From assembly GCA_965248835.1 (NCBI GenBank), contig CBDFLJ010000002.1, positions 1,280,001 to 1,344,000 on the forward strand: DNA of 64,000 nt. The letters run 5' to 3'. The position numbers were made by a program, and so were the translations under genes. How positions within the stretch are numbered: the stretch's first letter is position 1; every line of letters begins with the position of its first letter. Positions 11,231-22,209 of the stretch are shown in pieces. The notes beneath the pieces were generated by a model. That model made no database searches. It worked only from the letters and a program-made list of their open reading frames with translations, and was not told the DNA's origin. The stretch comes from Alphaproteobacteria bacterium. Its GTDB lineage: Bacteria > Pseudomonadota > Alphaproteobacteria > MPNO01.

Positions 11231-11704
11231 CTATTGCTCGACGATCATCGCGGCGTAGGTCGCCTCGGCAACGACCGTCCCGGCGACGACGGCCTTGCCG
11301 GCGAATTTCCACACGTTCCCGCGCATCTGCAGCTTCTCGACCTCGATGTGCACCGAATCTCCCGGTACGACCGGCTTGCGGAACCGCGCGCTGTCGATCG
11401 ACATGAAATAGACCAGCTTGCCCTCAGCCTCCGGTCCAAGGGTATGAACGACCAAAACCGCAGAGGTCTGCGCCATCGCTTCGATCAGCAGCACCCCGGG
11501 CATGACCTTATGGTGGGGGAAGTGCCCCATGAAATGCGGCTCGTTGACGGATACATTCTTCAAGCCGGTCGCCCGGACGGCCGGCACAAGCTCGAGGATC
11601 CGGTCGATCATCAAGAACGGATATCGGTGCGGAATCATCTCCATGACCCGCGCGATATCCATGCCTTCCAGTGTTTTCTCGGTCTCTACGGTGTCCATCT
11701 TCAT
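11231..11704 (-). CDS. fabZ: 3-hydroxyacyl-ACP dehydratase FabZ
   Basis: IPHRYPFL, KNVSVNEPHFMGHFP, MPGVLLIEAMAQ and FRKPVVPGD motifs. Confidence 0.97.
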   Translation of the reverse strand: MKMDTVETEKTLEGMDIARVMEMIPHRYPFLMIDRILELVPAVRATGLKNVSVNEPHFMGHFPHHKVMPGVLLIEAMAQTSAVLVVHTLGPEAEGKLVYFMSIDSARFRKPVVPGDSVHIEVEKLQMRGNVWKFAGKAVVAGTVVAEATYAAMIVEQ

Positions 11705-12185
11705 CCGCTGTTCTTATCCGCGAGCCGTTTCAAGGTGGCGACGCCGCGAAAGTATTTGCTGGCCGGCATTAACGGGTAGCCGGCCACGTCTCGCCGTCAC
11801 CGACTTTGCGCGTCATCCCCGCTTTCGCGCCAACCTAGGCCCCTTCCCCTTTGCCAATCTTCAAATGTCCAGCGGCATTACCCTGGGCAGCAATGGCGGC
11901 GTACCCACTGAGGGTCGTGCTTCCCAATATTCCGGCTTGGGCAACGACGATGCAACCTTGTCCAAGGATGACGTTGTGCCCGATCTTGAGCAAATTATCA
12001 ATCCTGGACCATCGGCCGATGACCCTATCGTGCCCCGCCCCGCGATCAATGATCGAATTGGCCCCGATCTCAATATCGTCCTCGATGACAACGTGGCTTT
12101 CTGGAGCGGCGCCGCACCGCGGATCGAGCGATCCGCGTCGGCGCCGCTGGACAGTTCCGCACCGGCGAGCCCGGACAGTCGCCGT
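11701..12185 (-). pseudogene. lpxD: Degraded UDP-3-O-acylglucosamine N-acyltransferase LpxD
   Basis: Manual translation: N-fragment [28 protein letters not shown]; out-of-frame join to [54 protein letters not shown]; TAG at 11835-11837; frameshift ~11785; C-terminus GYPLMPASKYFRGVATLKRLADKNSG*. Confidence 0.92.
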
Positions 12186-12188
12186 GGT

Positions 12189-12785
12189 CTATTTCTTGGT
12201 CTTCGATCCACCGGGCGAAGCGGCCTTGGGCATGGTCACCTTGACCGAAGGCAGTATCTTGTTCACCCGCTCGAGCACTTCCTTGGTGATGTCGAGGTTT
12301 TTGGCCGACAGGATGATGATCGATTTGGGCAGCACCAGATCGAGCTTACGCTCGTTGGCGATCTTCGCTGCACCGACCAGCATCGATTGCTGCACCTTGC
12401 CAATCGCGATGTTGTAGGCGCTGTCGAGCTGGCGCTTGCGGATCTGGAACTCGGTCTGTGCCGCGCGCGCCTTGGTTTCGTACTCTCGCCGCTTCTTGGC
12501 GAAGGCATCAGGGGACAGGATCGCCCGTTGGCGCTGCAGATCCTGGCTCGCCTTGCGTAACTCGCCCTCGCGCTTGCGGACGGCGGCCTGATAGGTCGCG
12601 TGCAGATTTTCGATCTGCGGCCGGATGCTCTTGGAGGCCTTGGAATCGCGAAGGATGGATTGGACGTCGACCACCGCAATGGACGGGGACGAATCCTGCG
12701 CGCCGGCCGGCGGAGTCCAGGCCAGGACGGCGGCGATCAGGATGGACGCCGTGCTGATTTGCCACCGAAGCGTTGTCGATTGCAT
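12189..12785 (-). CDS. skp: OmpH/Skp outer-membrane protein chaperone
   Basis: Signal peptide ending AGA-Q, IAVVDVQSIL, coiled coil, DITKEVLERVN; lies between bamA and lpxD. Confidence 0.9.
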   Translation of the reverse strand: MQSTTLRWQISTASILIAAVLAWTPPAGAQDSSPSIAVVDVQSILRDSKASKSIRPQIENLHATYQAAVRKREGELRKASQDLQRQRAILSPDAFAKKRREYETKARAAQTEFQIRKRQLDSAYNIAIGKVQQSMLVGAAKIANERKLDLVLPKSIIILSAKNLDITKEVLERVNKILPSVKVTMPKAASPGGSKTKK

Positions 12786-12792
12786 GGCTGGC

Positions 12793-15072
12793 CTATAACC
12801 TCGCCCCGAAACTGAAATGGATGAGCTGGCGCTCGTCGAAGCTCTCATCGAGCAGCGGCTTGGCGATGTTGATTTGGATCGGTCCCAAGGGCGACCACCA
12901 ACCTATGCCAACGCCGACGCTCATCCGCAAGCTGCCGGTGTCTTTGATCCCGTCGAAGCGCCCCTCGGTTCCGCCCAGGCTGCCGAAATCGCTGAACACG
13001 CGGCCGCGGATCCCGAATTCGTTGGGCAGGCCCAGCGGGAAGAACACCCCGAGCGTGCCGCGGTAGAACCATTTTCCGCCGACCGCATCGCCAGTGGTGG
13101 TGTCGCGCGGGCCGACGCCGGCGATGGTAAAGCCGCGCAGGTCCTCGCCACCCAAAAAGAACCGGTCGAGGATCCGGATATCGTCGCCCAGGCCGAAGAT
13201 ATAGCCTCCGCCGATTCCGGTGAAGGCGGTCAGGTCCTCGGTCATGGGATAGAATGCCTCGGCCCAGACCTCGTTCTTCAGGAAGCGTTCAGTCCCGCCG
13301 ATGCCGGCGAACTCGTTGTCCAGGCTGACCAGCACACCGCTTTTGGTATCGAAGCGGGAATCCCGCGTGTCATAGGCTAGCACATGGCCGATCGCCGAGA
13401 CCGAGCTGTTGCCCGCCTGGTCCCGAATTTCCGGCGAGGCGTTGGCGCTGATGTCGGTGACGTCGTCGCGGCGCAGTGTGTAGCGCCAGCGCTCCGAGAC
13501 ATTCTCGTTGACCTTGTAGCCGACGCGCAGCCGGAAGCCGAGCGTGTCGCGGTCGAAGGAGCTTTCGCTCTGGAGGTCACGCGCGGTGCTGAACAGATCG
13601 AACCCGGCGCTGAGGTTCCGATCCAGGAAATACGGCTCGGTGAAGCCGAGATCGATCTGCTGCTGGCGCTGGCCGAGCTGAAGGCTGAGGCGCAGGTCCT
13701 GGCCTCGACCGACGAGGTTGCGCTCTCGGAGCGTAATGTCGCCGAGCACGCCGCTGGACGAGGAATATCCGGCGCCGAAGGAAATTTCGCCGGTCGACTG
13801 CTCCTTGACGTCGACTTCGATGACCGTCCGGTCAGGCGCGGATCCCGGCACGTTATTGACCGCAATCTCCTGGAAGAATCCCAGGTTGCGCAGGTCGCGC
13901 CTGGCGCGTCGGATGTGCTCGGTATTGAACGCATCGCCCTCGACGATGCGGAACTCGCGGCGCAGCACCTGGTCCTGCGTGCGCACGTTGCCGCGGATAT
14001 CGATCCGCTCGACGAAGACCCTCGGGCCCTCCTGGATGTTGAAGGTGATGTTGATCCGGCGCTCCTCGCGCTCGCGCCGTACCCGCGGCCGAACATCGAC
14101 GAAGGCATAGCCGACCTTGCCGGCGGCATCGGAGAGCTTGCCAATGGTGCGCTCGACGGCATCGGCGTCGTACCAATCCCCCTCGTCGAACTCGAGCTTC
14201 TGCTTGAGCACCTGCGGATCGAGGTCCCGCAAAGCGGTAGAGATTTCGAGCTTGCCGAACTTGTAGCGTTCGCCCTCCTCGATCGTGAACGTGATGAAAA
14301 AAGCCTCACGGTCGGGCGCCAGCTCGGCCACCGCGGAGACCACGCGGAAATCGGCATAGCCTTCGCTGAGATACTTGCGCCGCAGCAGCTCGCGATCGAA
14401 GGTCAGGCGGTCCGGGTCGTAGCTGTCGCCGCCGGACAGGAAGCGCCAAAATGCGGACTCCTTGGTCTCGATCACCCCGCGCAACGTGCTGTCCGAAAAT
14501 CGACGGTTGCCGATGAAGGTGATTGAGCGGATGCCGGTAAGGCTGCCCTCTTCGATCTCGAGGACCAGATCCACCCGGTTCTGCGGTAGCTGGATGACCT
14601 TGGGCACGACACGGGCCGCGAACCGGCCGCTACGCCGGTAGATCTCGATGATCCGCTGGACATCGGCCTGTACCCGCGTGCGGGTGAACACCACGCGCGG
14701 CTGCAGCCTGATCTCCTGCATGAGCGAGTCGTCTTCGATCCGTTTGTTGCCCTCGAAGGCGATGCGGTTGATGATCGGGTTCTCGACGACGCGGACGATC
14801 ACGCTCGCGCCTTCGCCACGGATCGTCACGTCGGCGAACAGGCCGGTGGCGAACAGCGCCTTGAGGGATTTGTCGAACGCCTCCTCGTCGGCGACATCGC
14901 CACGCTTGAAGGTCATATAGGACCTTATGGTCTCTGCCTCGATCCGCTGCGAGCCTTCGACCTGGATCCGTTCGACTATCCGCTCACCCGTCTGCGCGCC
15001 GGCCAGACCTGCCAAAAGGCAGGCAAGCCCGATGACCGCAATCGCCCATCGCCCTGAAACCCGGCCCGCCAT
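12793..15072 (-). CDS. bamA: Outer membrane protein assembly factor BamA
   Basis: POTRA repeats (GSQRIE, LFATGLFADV), LRGF loop motif, SPLGP and terminal FSFGARL beta-strand; start could also be GTG 15081. Confidence 0.97.
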   Translation of the reverse strand: MAGRVSGRWAIAVIGLACLLAGLAGAQTGERIVERIQVEGSQRIEAETIRSYMTFKRGDVADEEAFDKSLKALFATGLFADVTIRGEGASVIVRVVENPIINRIAFEGNKRIEDDSLMQEIRLQPRVVFTRTRVQADVQRIIEIYRRSGRFAARVVPKVIQLPQNRVDLVLEIEEGSLTGIRSITFIGNRRFSDSTLRGVIETKESAFWRFLSGGDSYDPDRLTFDRELLRRKYLSEGYADFRVVSAVAELAPDREAFFITFTIEEGERYKFGKLEISTALRDLDPQVLKQKLEFDEGDWYDADAVERTIGKLSDAAGKVGYAFVDVRPRVRREREERRINITFNIQEGPRVFVERIDIRGNVRTQDQVLRREFRIVEGDAFNTEHIRRARRDLRNLGFFQEIAVNNVPGSAPDRTVIEVDVKEQSTGEISFGAGYSSSSGVLGDITLRERNLVGRGQDLRLSLQLGQRQQQIDLGFTEPYFLDRNLSAGFDLFSTARDLQSESSFDRDTLGFRLRVGYKVNENVSERWRYTLRRDDVTDISANASPEIRDQAGNSSVSAIGHVLAYDTRDSRFDTKSGVLVSLDNEFAGIGGTERFLKNEVWAEAFYPMTEDLTAFTGIGGGYIFGLGDDIRILDRFFLGGEDLRGFTIAGVGPRDTTTGDAVGGKWFYRGTLGVFFPLGLPNEFGIRGRVFSDFGSLGGTEGRFDGIKDTGSLRMSVGVGIGWWSPLGPIQINIAKPLLDESFDERQLIHFSFGARL

Positions 15073-15081
15073 CGAAGGCAC

Positions 15082-16257
15082 TCAGGTCACTAGCTCGACA
15101 AAGAAATCGAACACCCTCAGCTGCACCAGGTCGTTCCATGTCACGAAGATCATCAACGCCAAGACCATCGCAAGGCCCAGACGATAACCGTACTCGCGGG
15201 CGCGCCGGCCGAGCGGCCGTCTGGCAACGGCTTCGATCGCATAGAACATCAAGTGTCCACCATCCAACATCGGGATCGGGAAAAGATTAATCAGCCCCAG
15301 ATTGATCGACAAGGCGGCGACGAACAATAGCATGCTGACCACGCCAGCCTGCCAAACATCCCCGGATATCTGGGCGATCCGCAAAGGACCGCCGAGCTCG
15401 CTGGCGTCTCGGGTTCCAGTGAACATCTGTCCCAGAGCCTGGAAGATGCCCCCGATCATCGAGAACATGTCATGGACCGCGCGCACCACCGCGGTTGCCG
15501 GGTCGTGACGGACGATATGGACCGGCCCGCCGCTGCGACTGACGCCGAGCCGGCCGATCAGCTCACGCGTGCCGAAACTGTTGGTCTGGCGGATCGCGTC
15601 GGGAACGGCGGTCAGCACGACGGTGCGACCATCCCGCTCGACCTCGATTTGCAGCCTTTCGCCGGGCGCAATGCGCACGATGCGCACGACCTGCTCGAAC
15701 CGGTCGATCACGGTACCGTCGATCTTCGTGATCGAGTCTCCGGGCTTGAAGCCCGCACGCTCGGCCGCGCTGTCGGGCACGACGGCGGAAATGTTCGCCG
15801 GCGTGGACGGCTCGCCGACGGTGGCAAAGATCGCTGCCAAGATGAGGATGGCGAACAGGAAGTTCGCCAGCGGGCCAGCGGCGACGATCGCGGCGCGGCG
15901 CCACAGCGCCTTGGTATGGAAGCTCGCCCGGCGCTCCTCGTCGCTCGCGTCCGCGTCCGCCTCTGCGGTTTCCGGCCCGGCGATCATCTCGCCGAACATC
16001 TTCACGTAGCCGCCGATCGGAACCGCGCTGAACCTCCAGCGAGTCGCCTGGGAGTCGGTCCAGCCATAGAGTTCCGGGCCGAAGCCGATCGAGAACACCT
16101 CGACCCGCACGCCGCACCACCGCGCGACGAGGTAATGGCCCATTTCGTGGACGAACACCAGCGCCGTGAGCGCGACCAGGAAGGGAATCACGTAGTCGAT
16201 CAAGAAGCCCGCAAACGACAGCGCGAGACCTCCCAGGCCGGTCGCAACGTCGATCAC
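15082..16257 (-). CDS. rseP: RIP metalloprotease RseP
   Basis: HEMGH, PIGGYVKM, AGPLANF, PDZ domain, NLFPIPMLDGG. Confidence 0.96.
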   Translation of the reverse strand: MIDVATGLGGLALSFAGFLIDYVIPFLVALTALVFVHEMGHYLVARWCGVRVEVFSIGFGPELYGWTDSQATRWRFSAVPIGGYVKMFGEMIAGPETAEADADASDEERRASFHTKALWRRAAIVAAGPLANFLFAILILAAIFATVGEPSTPANISAVVPDSAAERAGFKPGDSITKIDGTVIDRFEQVVRIVRIAPGERLQIEVERDGRTVVLTAVPDAIRQTNSFGTRELIGRLGVSRSGGPVHIVRHDPATAVVRAVHDMFSMIGGIFQALGQMFTGTRDASELGGPLRIAQISGDVWQAGVVSMLLFVAALSINLGLINLFPIPMLDGGHLMFYAIEAVARRPLGRRAREYGYRLGLAMVLALMIFVTWNDLVQLRVFDFFVELVT

Positions 16258-16281
16258 GCGATACGCTCCCGGTTTCGCGAT

Positions 16282-17475
16282 CTAGGCATCGACGTGCGCA
16301 GACGCGGTCAACACGCCGGCGCGCCGGCGGGCCTGAGCGTCCGCGGCGTAGACGTCATCGAGGCAGGAAAACGGCAACCCCGGCAGTTCCTCCAGAGTCT
16401 CCGCGACGATGCGCGTGATTTCGAGGAAACCGATCCGGCCATCCAGGAACCCGCTCACCGCAACTTCGTTGGCGGCGTTGAGCACCGCCGGCGACGCGCC
16501 ACCCGCCTCGAGTGCTTGGCGCGCGAGATCCAAGGCCGGAAACCGCTGCGGATCGGGATCTTCGAAGCTCAAAGTGGCGATGCTCGCGAGGTCGAGCCGT
16601 TCGCTGGGCGCAGCCATCCGCCGCGGCCAGTTAAGCCCGTACGAGATCGGCGTGCGCATGTCGGGCGTGCCGAGCTGTGCAAGCATGGAGCCGTCAACGT
16701 AGGCGACCAAGGAATGGATGATCGACTGCGGATGGATGATGATCTCGATCCGGTCCTGAGGCAGGCCGAAGAGGTAGTAGGCCTCGATCAACTCCAGGCC
16801 CTTGTTCATCATCGTCGCCGAATCCACGGATATCTTCTTTCCCATGTCCCAATTGGGGTGGGCGACCGCTTCGGCCGGGGTCGCCTGGGCGATGCGCTCG
16901 AGCGGGGTGGTCCGAAACGGCCCGCCCGAGGCGGTCAGTATGATCCGCTCGATGCTGTCCCGGTCGTCGAAATCGAACACCTGGAAGATCGCGTTGTGCT
17001 CGGAATCGACCGGGATCAACGCCGTGCCGCTTTTCGCGATTTCGTCCATGAACAGCCTGCCGGCGCAGACCAGGCATTCCTTGTTGGCCAACGCGACGAT
17101 CGCCCCGCGGCGTACGGCGGCGAGCGTTGGAGCAAGACCGGCGGCTCCGACGATGCCGGCCATCACCCACTCAGCAGGCCGGTGGCCCGCCTCGATCAGC
17201 GCCTCGGACCCGGCTGCGGGCTCGATATCCGTCCCCGATAACGCTCCGGCAAGCTCGGCGTACCGGTCCGGATCGGCGATGACGGCCAAACGCGCGCCAA
17301 GGCGCCGGGCCTGTTCCGCCAGCAGGCGGACGTTCGTGTTGCCCGTCAGCGCAACGACGTCATAGTCTTCCCTGTTCCGTTCGATGAGATCGATGGTGCT
17401 ACGGCCGATCGAGCCGGTCGAGCCGAGGATGGTCACCGTGCGAGGTCCCGGGCTGCGATCCGCGGTGGTGCTCAC
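16282..17475 (-). CDS. dxr: 1-deoxy-D-xylulose-5-phosphate reductoisomerase
   Basis: LGSTGSIG, LANKE, PVDSEHNA, ILTASGGPF, HPNWDMG and NKGLE motifs; GTG start overlaps the cdsA stop. Confidence 0.96.
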   Translation of the reverse strand: MSTTADRSPGPRTVTILGSTGSIGRSTIDLIERNREDYDVVALTGNTNVRLLAEQARRLGARLAVIADPDRYAELAGALSGTDIEPAAGSEALIEAGHRPAEWVMAGIVGAAGLAPTLAAVRRGAIVALANKECLVCAGRLFMDEIAKSGTALIPVDSEHNAIFQVFDFDDRDSIERIILTASGGPFRTTPLERIAQATPAEAVAHPNWDMGKKISVDSATMMNKGLELIEAYYLFGLPQDRIEIIIHPQSIIHSLVAYVDGSMLAQLGTPDMRTPISYGLNWPRRMAAPSERLDLASIATLSFEDPDPQRFPALDLARQALEAGGASPAVLNAANEVAVSGFLDGRIGFLEITRIVAETLEELPGLPFSCLDDVYAADAQARRRAGVLTASAHVDA

Positions 17476-18290
17476 CACGCGAAAATCCCCCCTTCGCTGA
17501 GCAAGACCAGCCCGACCAGTAGCGGTGCGGCGGTCAACATCCCGTCGAGGCGGTCGAGCACCCCGCCGTGGCCGGGGATCAGGTTGCTTGCATCCTTGGC
17601 GCCGAACCGGCGCTTGACGAATGATATGGCAAGGTCGCCGCTCTGGGCCACAATTGCCATGCAACCGCCGAGCAGGGCGAACAGCGCCGGATTCACGGCG
17701 CCAAACCAGAACCCGCAGACGATGCCCCACAACGCCGAGCCGATGACCGCCCCGATCAGCCCGGACCAGGTCTTTTGCGGGCTGATCCTGGAAGCCAGGC
17801 GCTTTCCGCCGATCATCCGGCCGGTGACGAAGGCCACTATGTCGGTCACCCAGATCGAGCCGATCAGCCAGAAGGCGGTTGCCAGCCCGTCGGCAGGCAA
17901 GCCGCGCAGCCATGCGAGTGCCGCGCACGGAAAGCCGATGACGATCGGCCCGGCCGAGATCCAGGCGGGGTGATTACGCTGCGAGGCCGTGGCGGCTGCG
18001 TAGGCGGCGCCGGCACCGAGAACCAGCGCAAGCGTGACGATATCGAAGCGCCGTGCCCAGGCCGCGATCCCGGCCACGAGGATGGCCAGCACCATGGTCC
18101 AGCCGCTGAGCCCGAACCGCTGATCGCCGCATAGACGGTCCCATTCCCAGACCATCAGAATCGCTGCGATGGTCAGGATGATCTCGAAAACCGGGGTGCC
18201 CAGATAGATTGCCGCGAGGGCCAGCGGTGCCAAGATCAGCGTGGAGACAAACCGTCGGCGCAGTTCGGGTTCTGCTGGACTATCCTGCAC
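17472..18290 (-). CDS. cdsA: Phosphatidate cytidylyltransferase
   Basis: [25 protein letters not shown] and [13 protein letters not shown] motifs; GTG start approximate. Confidence 0.93.
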   Translation of the reverse strand: MQDSPAEPELRRRFVSTLILAPLALAAIYLGTPVFEIILTIAAILMVWEWDRLCGDQRFGLSGWTMVLAILVAGIAAWARRFDIVTLALVLGAGAAYAAATASQRNHPAWISAGPIVIGFPCAALAWLRGLPADGLATAFWLIGSIWVTDIVAFVTGRMIGGKRLASRISPQKTWSGLIGAVIGSALWGIVCGFWFGAVNPALFALLGGCMAIVAQSGDLAISFVKRRFGAKDASNLIPGHGGVLDRLDGMLTAAPLLVGLVLLSEGGIFAW

Positions 18291-19017
18291 CGGTTGCCCC
18301 GAATCGACGCTCGCGTCGGTGGAATTCGCGCACGGCGGACTCGAAATCTTCCCGCGAGAAGTCCGGCCAGAGCGTGTCGGTGAACACCAGCTCGGAATAG
18401 GCGCACTGCCACAACAGGAAGTTGCTGATCCGCTGCTCACCGCTGGTACGGATCAACAGATCGGGATCGGGGATGTTGCAGGTATACAGGTTGCGGTCGA
18501 GCGCGGCGTCATCGATGGCATCGGGCTCGATCTCGCCGGCGACCGCCTGGCGGGCCAGAGTGCGGGCAGCGCGAGTGATCTCCTGCCGCCCGCCGTAGCT
18601 CAACGCGATGATCAGGGTCAGCCGCGTGTTGCGCCGAGTGCGCTGTTCGGCCATTTCGATCAGGGTGACGATGTCGTTGGCCAGCCGGTCGCGGTCGCCA
18701 ATGAAGCGGATGCGCACGCCCTCGCGGTCGAGTTCGCCGACCTCGCGGCGGAGATAGAGCCGCAGCAGACCCATCAGATCGGTGATCTCGGTCTTCGGCC
18801 GCTTCCAGTTCTCGTTGGAAAAACCGTACAGCGTCAGGAACGACACGCCCAGCTCGACGGCGCTCCTGACGGCGGTCCTGATTGCCTCGGCGCCCTGCTG
18901 ATGGCCGCCCGCGCGCGACAGCTTGCGTGCCTTGGCCCATCGTCCGTTGCCATCCATGATGACCGCCACGTGGACCGGCGGCGGCGGCGAAGCGGCATGT
19001 GAAGGGACTGCTTTCAT
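18280..19017 (-). CDS. uppS: Undecaprenyl diphosphate synthase
   Basis: [42 protein letters not shown] motifs. Confidence 0.97.
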   Translation of the reverse strand: MKAVPSHAASPPPPVHVAVIMDGNGRWAKARKLSRAGGHQQGAEAIRTAVRSAVELGVSFLTLYGFSNENWKRPKTEITDLMGLLRLYLRREVGELDREGVRIRFIGDRDRLANDIVTLIEMAEQRTRRNTRLTLIIALSYGGRQEITRAARTLARQAVAGEIEPDAIDDAALDRNLYTCNIPDPDLLIRTSGEQRISNFLLWQCAYSELVFTDTLWPDFSREDFESAVREFHRRERRFGATGAG

Positions 19018-19022
19018 CGATA

Positions 19023-19580
19023 TCAGACCTGCATTATTTCCTTTTCCTTAGTCGACAACGTCTCATCGATGACCTTGGTCGTCGAATTGGTCAGTTGCTG
19101 GATCTCTTCCGACCAGGCCCGTTGATCGTCCTGAGAGATTTCGCCTTCTTTTTCCATCCGTCTCAGCTTCTCGATTCCGTCGCGGCGAACATTGCGTACC
19201 GCGACCCGTGCCTGTTCGGCGTATTTGTTGGCAACCTTGGTCATCTCGACCCGCCGCTCCTCGGTAAGCTGCGGGATCGGCACCCGTACAAGGTTGCCCT
19301 CGGTCTGCGGGTTCAGACCGAGCCCGGAATCGCGAACGGCTTTCTCGACCGCGCCGGCCAGGCCCTGGTCCCATACCTGTACCGTCAGCATCCTGGGATC
19401 CGGCACGCCGATCGTGCCCACCTGACTGATCGGCATCTTGCTGCCATATGCATCGATCATCACCGGCTCCAGCAGGGCCGCCGACGCCCGGCCGGCCCGC
19501 AAACCGGCCAATTCGCGTTTGAGCGCTTCGATGGCACCCTTCATCCGCCGTTCGATGTCGGCGATGTCAGGTTCGGCCAT
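19023..19580 (-). CDS. frr: Ribosome recycling factor
   Basis: [20 protein letters not shown] and RNVRRD motifs. Confidence 0.97.
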   Translation of the reverse strand: MAEPDIADIERRMKGAIEALKRELAGLRAGRASAALLEPVMIDAYGSKMPISQVGTIGVPDPRMLTVQVWDQGLAGAVEKAVRDSGLGLNPQTEGNLVRVPIPQLTEERRVEMTKVANKYAEQARVAVRNVRRDGIEKLRRMEKEGEISQDDQRAWSEEIQQLTNSTTKVIDETLSTKEKEIMQV

Positions 19581-20298
19581 GGCCTCCCTCCCCCTCGCAG
19601 ATAATGGTAAACGTACCATTGCCGCTCACGATATCGGCGAATGCGCCCGAATTCTGTAACGAAAAAACCAGAATCGGTATCTTGTTTTCGCGCGCCAGGG
19701 AAACCGCAGAGGCATCCATCACCTTGAGGTCGCGGGAAAGCACCTCCAGGTAGTCCAGGCGGTCATAGCGCACTGCATCGGGCACGATCTTCGGATCGGC
19801 GGAGTAGACTCCGTCAACCTGGGTTCCCTTGAACAACGCATCGCAGCCCATCTCGGAGGCCCGCAGCGCCGCCGCCGTGTCGGTGCTGAAGAACGGATTC
19901 CCGGTGCCCGCGGCGAAGATGACCACCCGCCCCTTCTCCATGTGGCGGATCGCGCGGCGGCGTATGTAGGGCTCGCACACCGATTCGATAGGCACCGCGG
20001 ACTGTACGCGGGTCTTCACGCCGTGGCGCTCGAGCACGCCCTGCAGCGCCAGAGCGTTGATCACCGTCGCTAGCATGCCGATATAGTCTGCGGTCGCCCG
20101 TTCCATGCCTTGGGAAGCGCCGAAGACCCCACGGAAGAAGTTGCCGCCGCCGATGACCACGCACAGCTCCACCCCCAGCCCGACGACGGAACGGATCTCC
20201 TCCGAGATCCGATCGACCGTCCCGGTGTGGATGCCGAACTGTCCGGGCCCCATGAGGGCCTCGCCGGACAACTTGAGCAGGATCCGTCTATAGGTCAC
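19567..20298 (-). CDS. pyrH: UMP kinase
   Basis: [27 protein letters not shown] and VDGVYSADP motifs. Confidence 0.97.
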   Translation of the reverse strand: MTYRRILLKLSGEALMGPGQFGIHTGTVDRISEEIRSVVGLGVELCVVIGGGNFFRGVFGASQGMERATADYIGMLATVINALALQGVLERHGVKTRVQSAVPIESVCEPYIRRRAIRHMEKGRVVIFAAGTGNPFFSTDTAAALRASEMGCDALFKGTQVDGVYSADPKIVPDAVRYDRLDYLEVLSRDLKVMDASAVSLARENKIPILVFSLQNSGAFADIVSGNGTFTIICEGEGGHGRT

Positions 20299-20347
20299 TC
20301 TCGGGCGTCCTCGACACGGTCGTTATTGCGGCACCGGCGGTTTGGGC

Positions 20348-21271
20348 TCAGCCTCCTAGAGTCGCGGCGACTTCGGCCGCGAAATCTTCCTCCTTGCGCT
20401 CTATGCCTTCGCCCAAGGCAAAGCGGACGAACCCCTTGACGACGATCGGGGCGCCGATCTCCTCGGCCACCACCTCGACCGCCTTGGCGACCTTGGTCTC
20501 GCCATCGATCACGAAAGTCTGCTCGAGCAACACGGCCTCCTCGAAGAATTTGCGCAGCCGACCCTCGACCATCTTCTCGATGATCTGCTCCGGCCTGCCG
20601 CTCGCCCGGGCCTGCTCGCTGAGCACGTCGCGCTCGCGCTCGAGGGCTGTGGCATCGACGTCATCGATCGAGATCCATTGCGGGCTCGCCGCTGCGACGT
20701 GCATCGCAAGCTGTCTTGCAAGCGCGTCCAGCCGCTCCGAACCGCCGGTCGACTCCAGCCCGACCAGGACCGCGATCCGCCCCAGACCAGTCGCCACCGC
20801 GTTGTGCACATAGCTGCCGATCACGCCGTTCCCGATCGACAGGGTTTCTGCGCGACGGAGCGAAATGTTCTCGCCGATCCGTGCGATCAGATCGGTCAGC
20901 GCCCCACCGACCGTCTTGCCGTCGGCCATTGGTGAGTCCGCCACCACGTCGATCCCGCCCGGCCTGTTGAGCGCGATCGCCGCCACCGCGGAGACGAAGG
21001 CTTGGAATTCCTCGTTGCGCCCGACGAAATCCGTCTCGGCATTGACCTCGACCACCGCGCCGCGTTTGCCGTCGGCCGCAGCCGCGACCAGACCCTCGGC
21101 GGCGACTCGGCCGGCCTTCTTCGCCGCCGCGGCCAAGCCTTTCTTGCGCAGCCAATCGACCGCGGCATCCATGTCCGCATCGCTCTCCGCCAGCGCCTTC
21201 TTGCAGTCCATCATGCCCGCACCGGTCTTCTCGCGGAGCTCTTTGACCAGACCTGCGGAAATTTGCGCCAT
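20348..21271 (-). CDS. tsf: Elongation factor Ts
   Basis: [25 protein letters not shown] and AMHVAA motifs. Confidence 0.98.
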   Translation of the reverse strand: MAQISAGLVKELREKTGAGMMDCKKALAESDADMDAAVDWLRKKGLAAAAKKAGRVAAEGLVAAAADGKRGAVVEVNAETDFVGRNEEFQAFVSAVAAIALNRPGGIDVVADSPMADGKTVGGALTDLIARIGENISLRRAETLSIGNGVIGSYVHNAVATGLGRIAVLVGLESTGGSERLDALARQLAMHVAAASPQWISIDDVDATALERERDVLSEQARASGRPEQIIEKMVEGRLRKFFEEAVLLEQTFVIDGETKVAKAVEVVAEEIGAPIVVKGFVRFALGEGIERKEEDFAAEVAATLGG

Positions 21272-21341
21272 CGCTTCCTCGCTAAACCGCGCGGGCCCGG
21301 ATCGAGCCCGCAGCTTCTCCCCTAGATGCGGCGGATGGAGC

Positions 21342-21362
21342 CGGCCGGTTGCTAACCGGCCG
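21342..21362 (-). terminator. Hairpin at the rpsB stop (possible rpsB-tsf attenuator or processing stem)
   Basis: CGGCCGGTT-GCT-AACCGGCCG, perfect 9-bp stem; no U-tract. Confidence 0.4.
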
Positions 21363-22209
21363 CTTGGTCGGGCTCCGGTGCGCTCGTCACATCGTCCAGC
21401 GGTGCCGGGACCACCTCCTCGGCACCCGGCGCGGAACCGGCATCTTCGGCCACGTCATCGGCCGGCAACTCGCCCGCCGGCACGTCCTCGGCCTCACCGA
21501 TATCGGATCCCGTCGCGATCGCCTCCTGCTGCAGGCCGTCGAGCACCGCCCTGGAGACCAAATCGCAATATAGCGCGATCGATCGGATCGCATCGTCGTT
21601 GCCGGGGATCATGTAGGCGATACCCTGCGGGTCGGAGTTGCTGTCTATCACCCCGACCACCGGGATGTTGAGCTTGGCCGCCTCCTGGATCGCGATCGCC
21701 TCTTTGTTGGTGTCGATCACGAACAGGACGTCGGGCAGGCCGCCCATCTCCTTGATGCCGCCGAGCGCGCGTTGCAGCTTCTCACGCTCTCGGGTCAGCC
21801 CCAGCAGCTCCTTCTTGGTCAGGCCCGATCCGGCTTCCGACAGGGTCTCGTCGAGCTGATGCAGCCGTTTGATCGAGGCGGTGATCGTCTTCCAGTTGGT
21901 CAGCGTGCCGCCGAGCCAGCGATGATTGACGAAATACTGGCCGCAGCGCACCGCCGAGTCCGCGATCAGGTCGGAAGCCTGGCGCTTTGTGCCGACAAAC
22001 AGCACCCGCCCGCCCGCCGCGGTGATCTCGCGGATCGCCGCCAGCGCCGCAAACAGCATCGGCATCGTCTGCTGCAGGTCGACGATGTGCACCCCGTTAC
22101 GCACGCCGAACAGATAGGGCGCCATCTTGGGGTTCCACCGCCTGGTATGGTGTCCGAAATGCACGCCGGCTTCGAGAAGCTGGCGCATGGTGAACTCGGG
22201 TATCGCCAT
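21352..22209 (-). CDS. rpsB: 30S ribosomal protein S2
   Basis: [25 protein letters not shown] and PGNDDA motifs. Confidence 0.98.
   Translation of the reverse strand: MAIPEFTMRQLLEAGVHFGHHTRRWNPKMAPYLFGVRNGVHIVDLQQTMPMLFAALAAIREITAAGGRVLFVGTKRQASDLIADSAVRCGQYFVNHRWLGGTLTNWKTITASIKRLHQLDETLSEAGSGLTKKELLGLTREREKLQRALGGIKEMGGLPDVLFVIDTNKEAIAIQEAAKLNIPVVGVIDSNSDPQGIAYMIPGNDDAIRSIALYCDLVSRAVLDGLQQEAIATGSDIGEAEDVPAGELPADDVAEDAGSAPGAEEVVPAPLDDVTSAPEPDQAAG

Noticed and set aside
11502-12560. Plus-strand ORFs of 352 and 188 aa and a minus-strand 116-aa ORF between fabZ and skp, considered as novel genes
   Set aside because: They are antisense or off-frame readings of the lpxD relic and of skp/fabZ.
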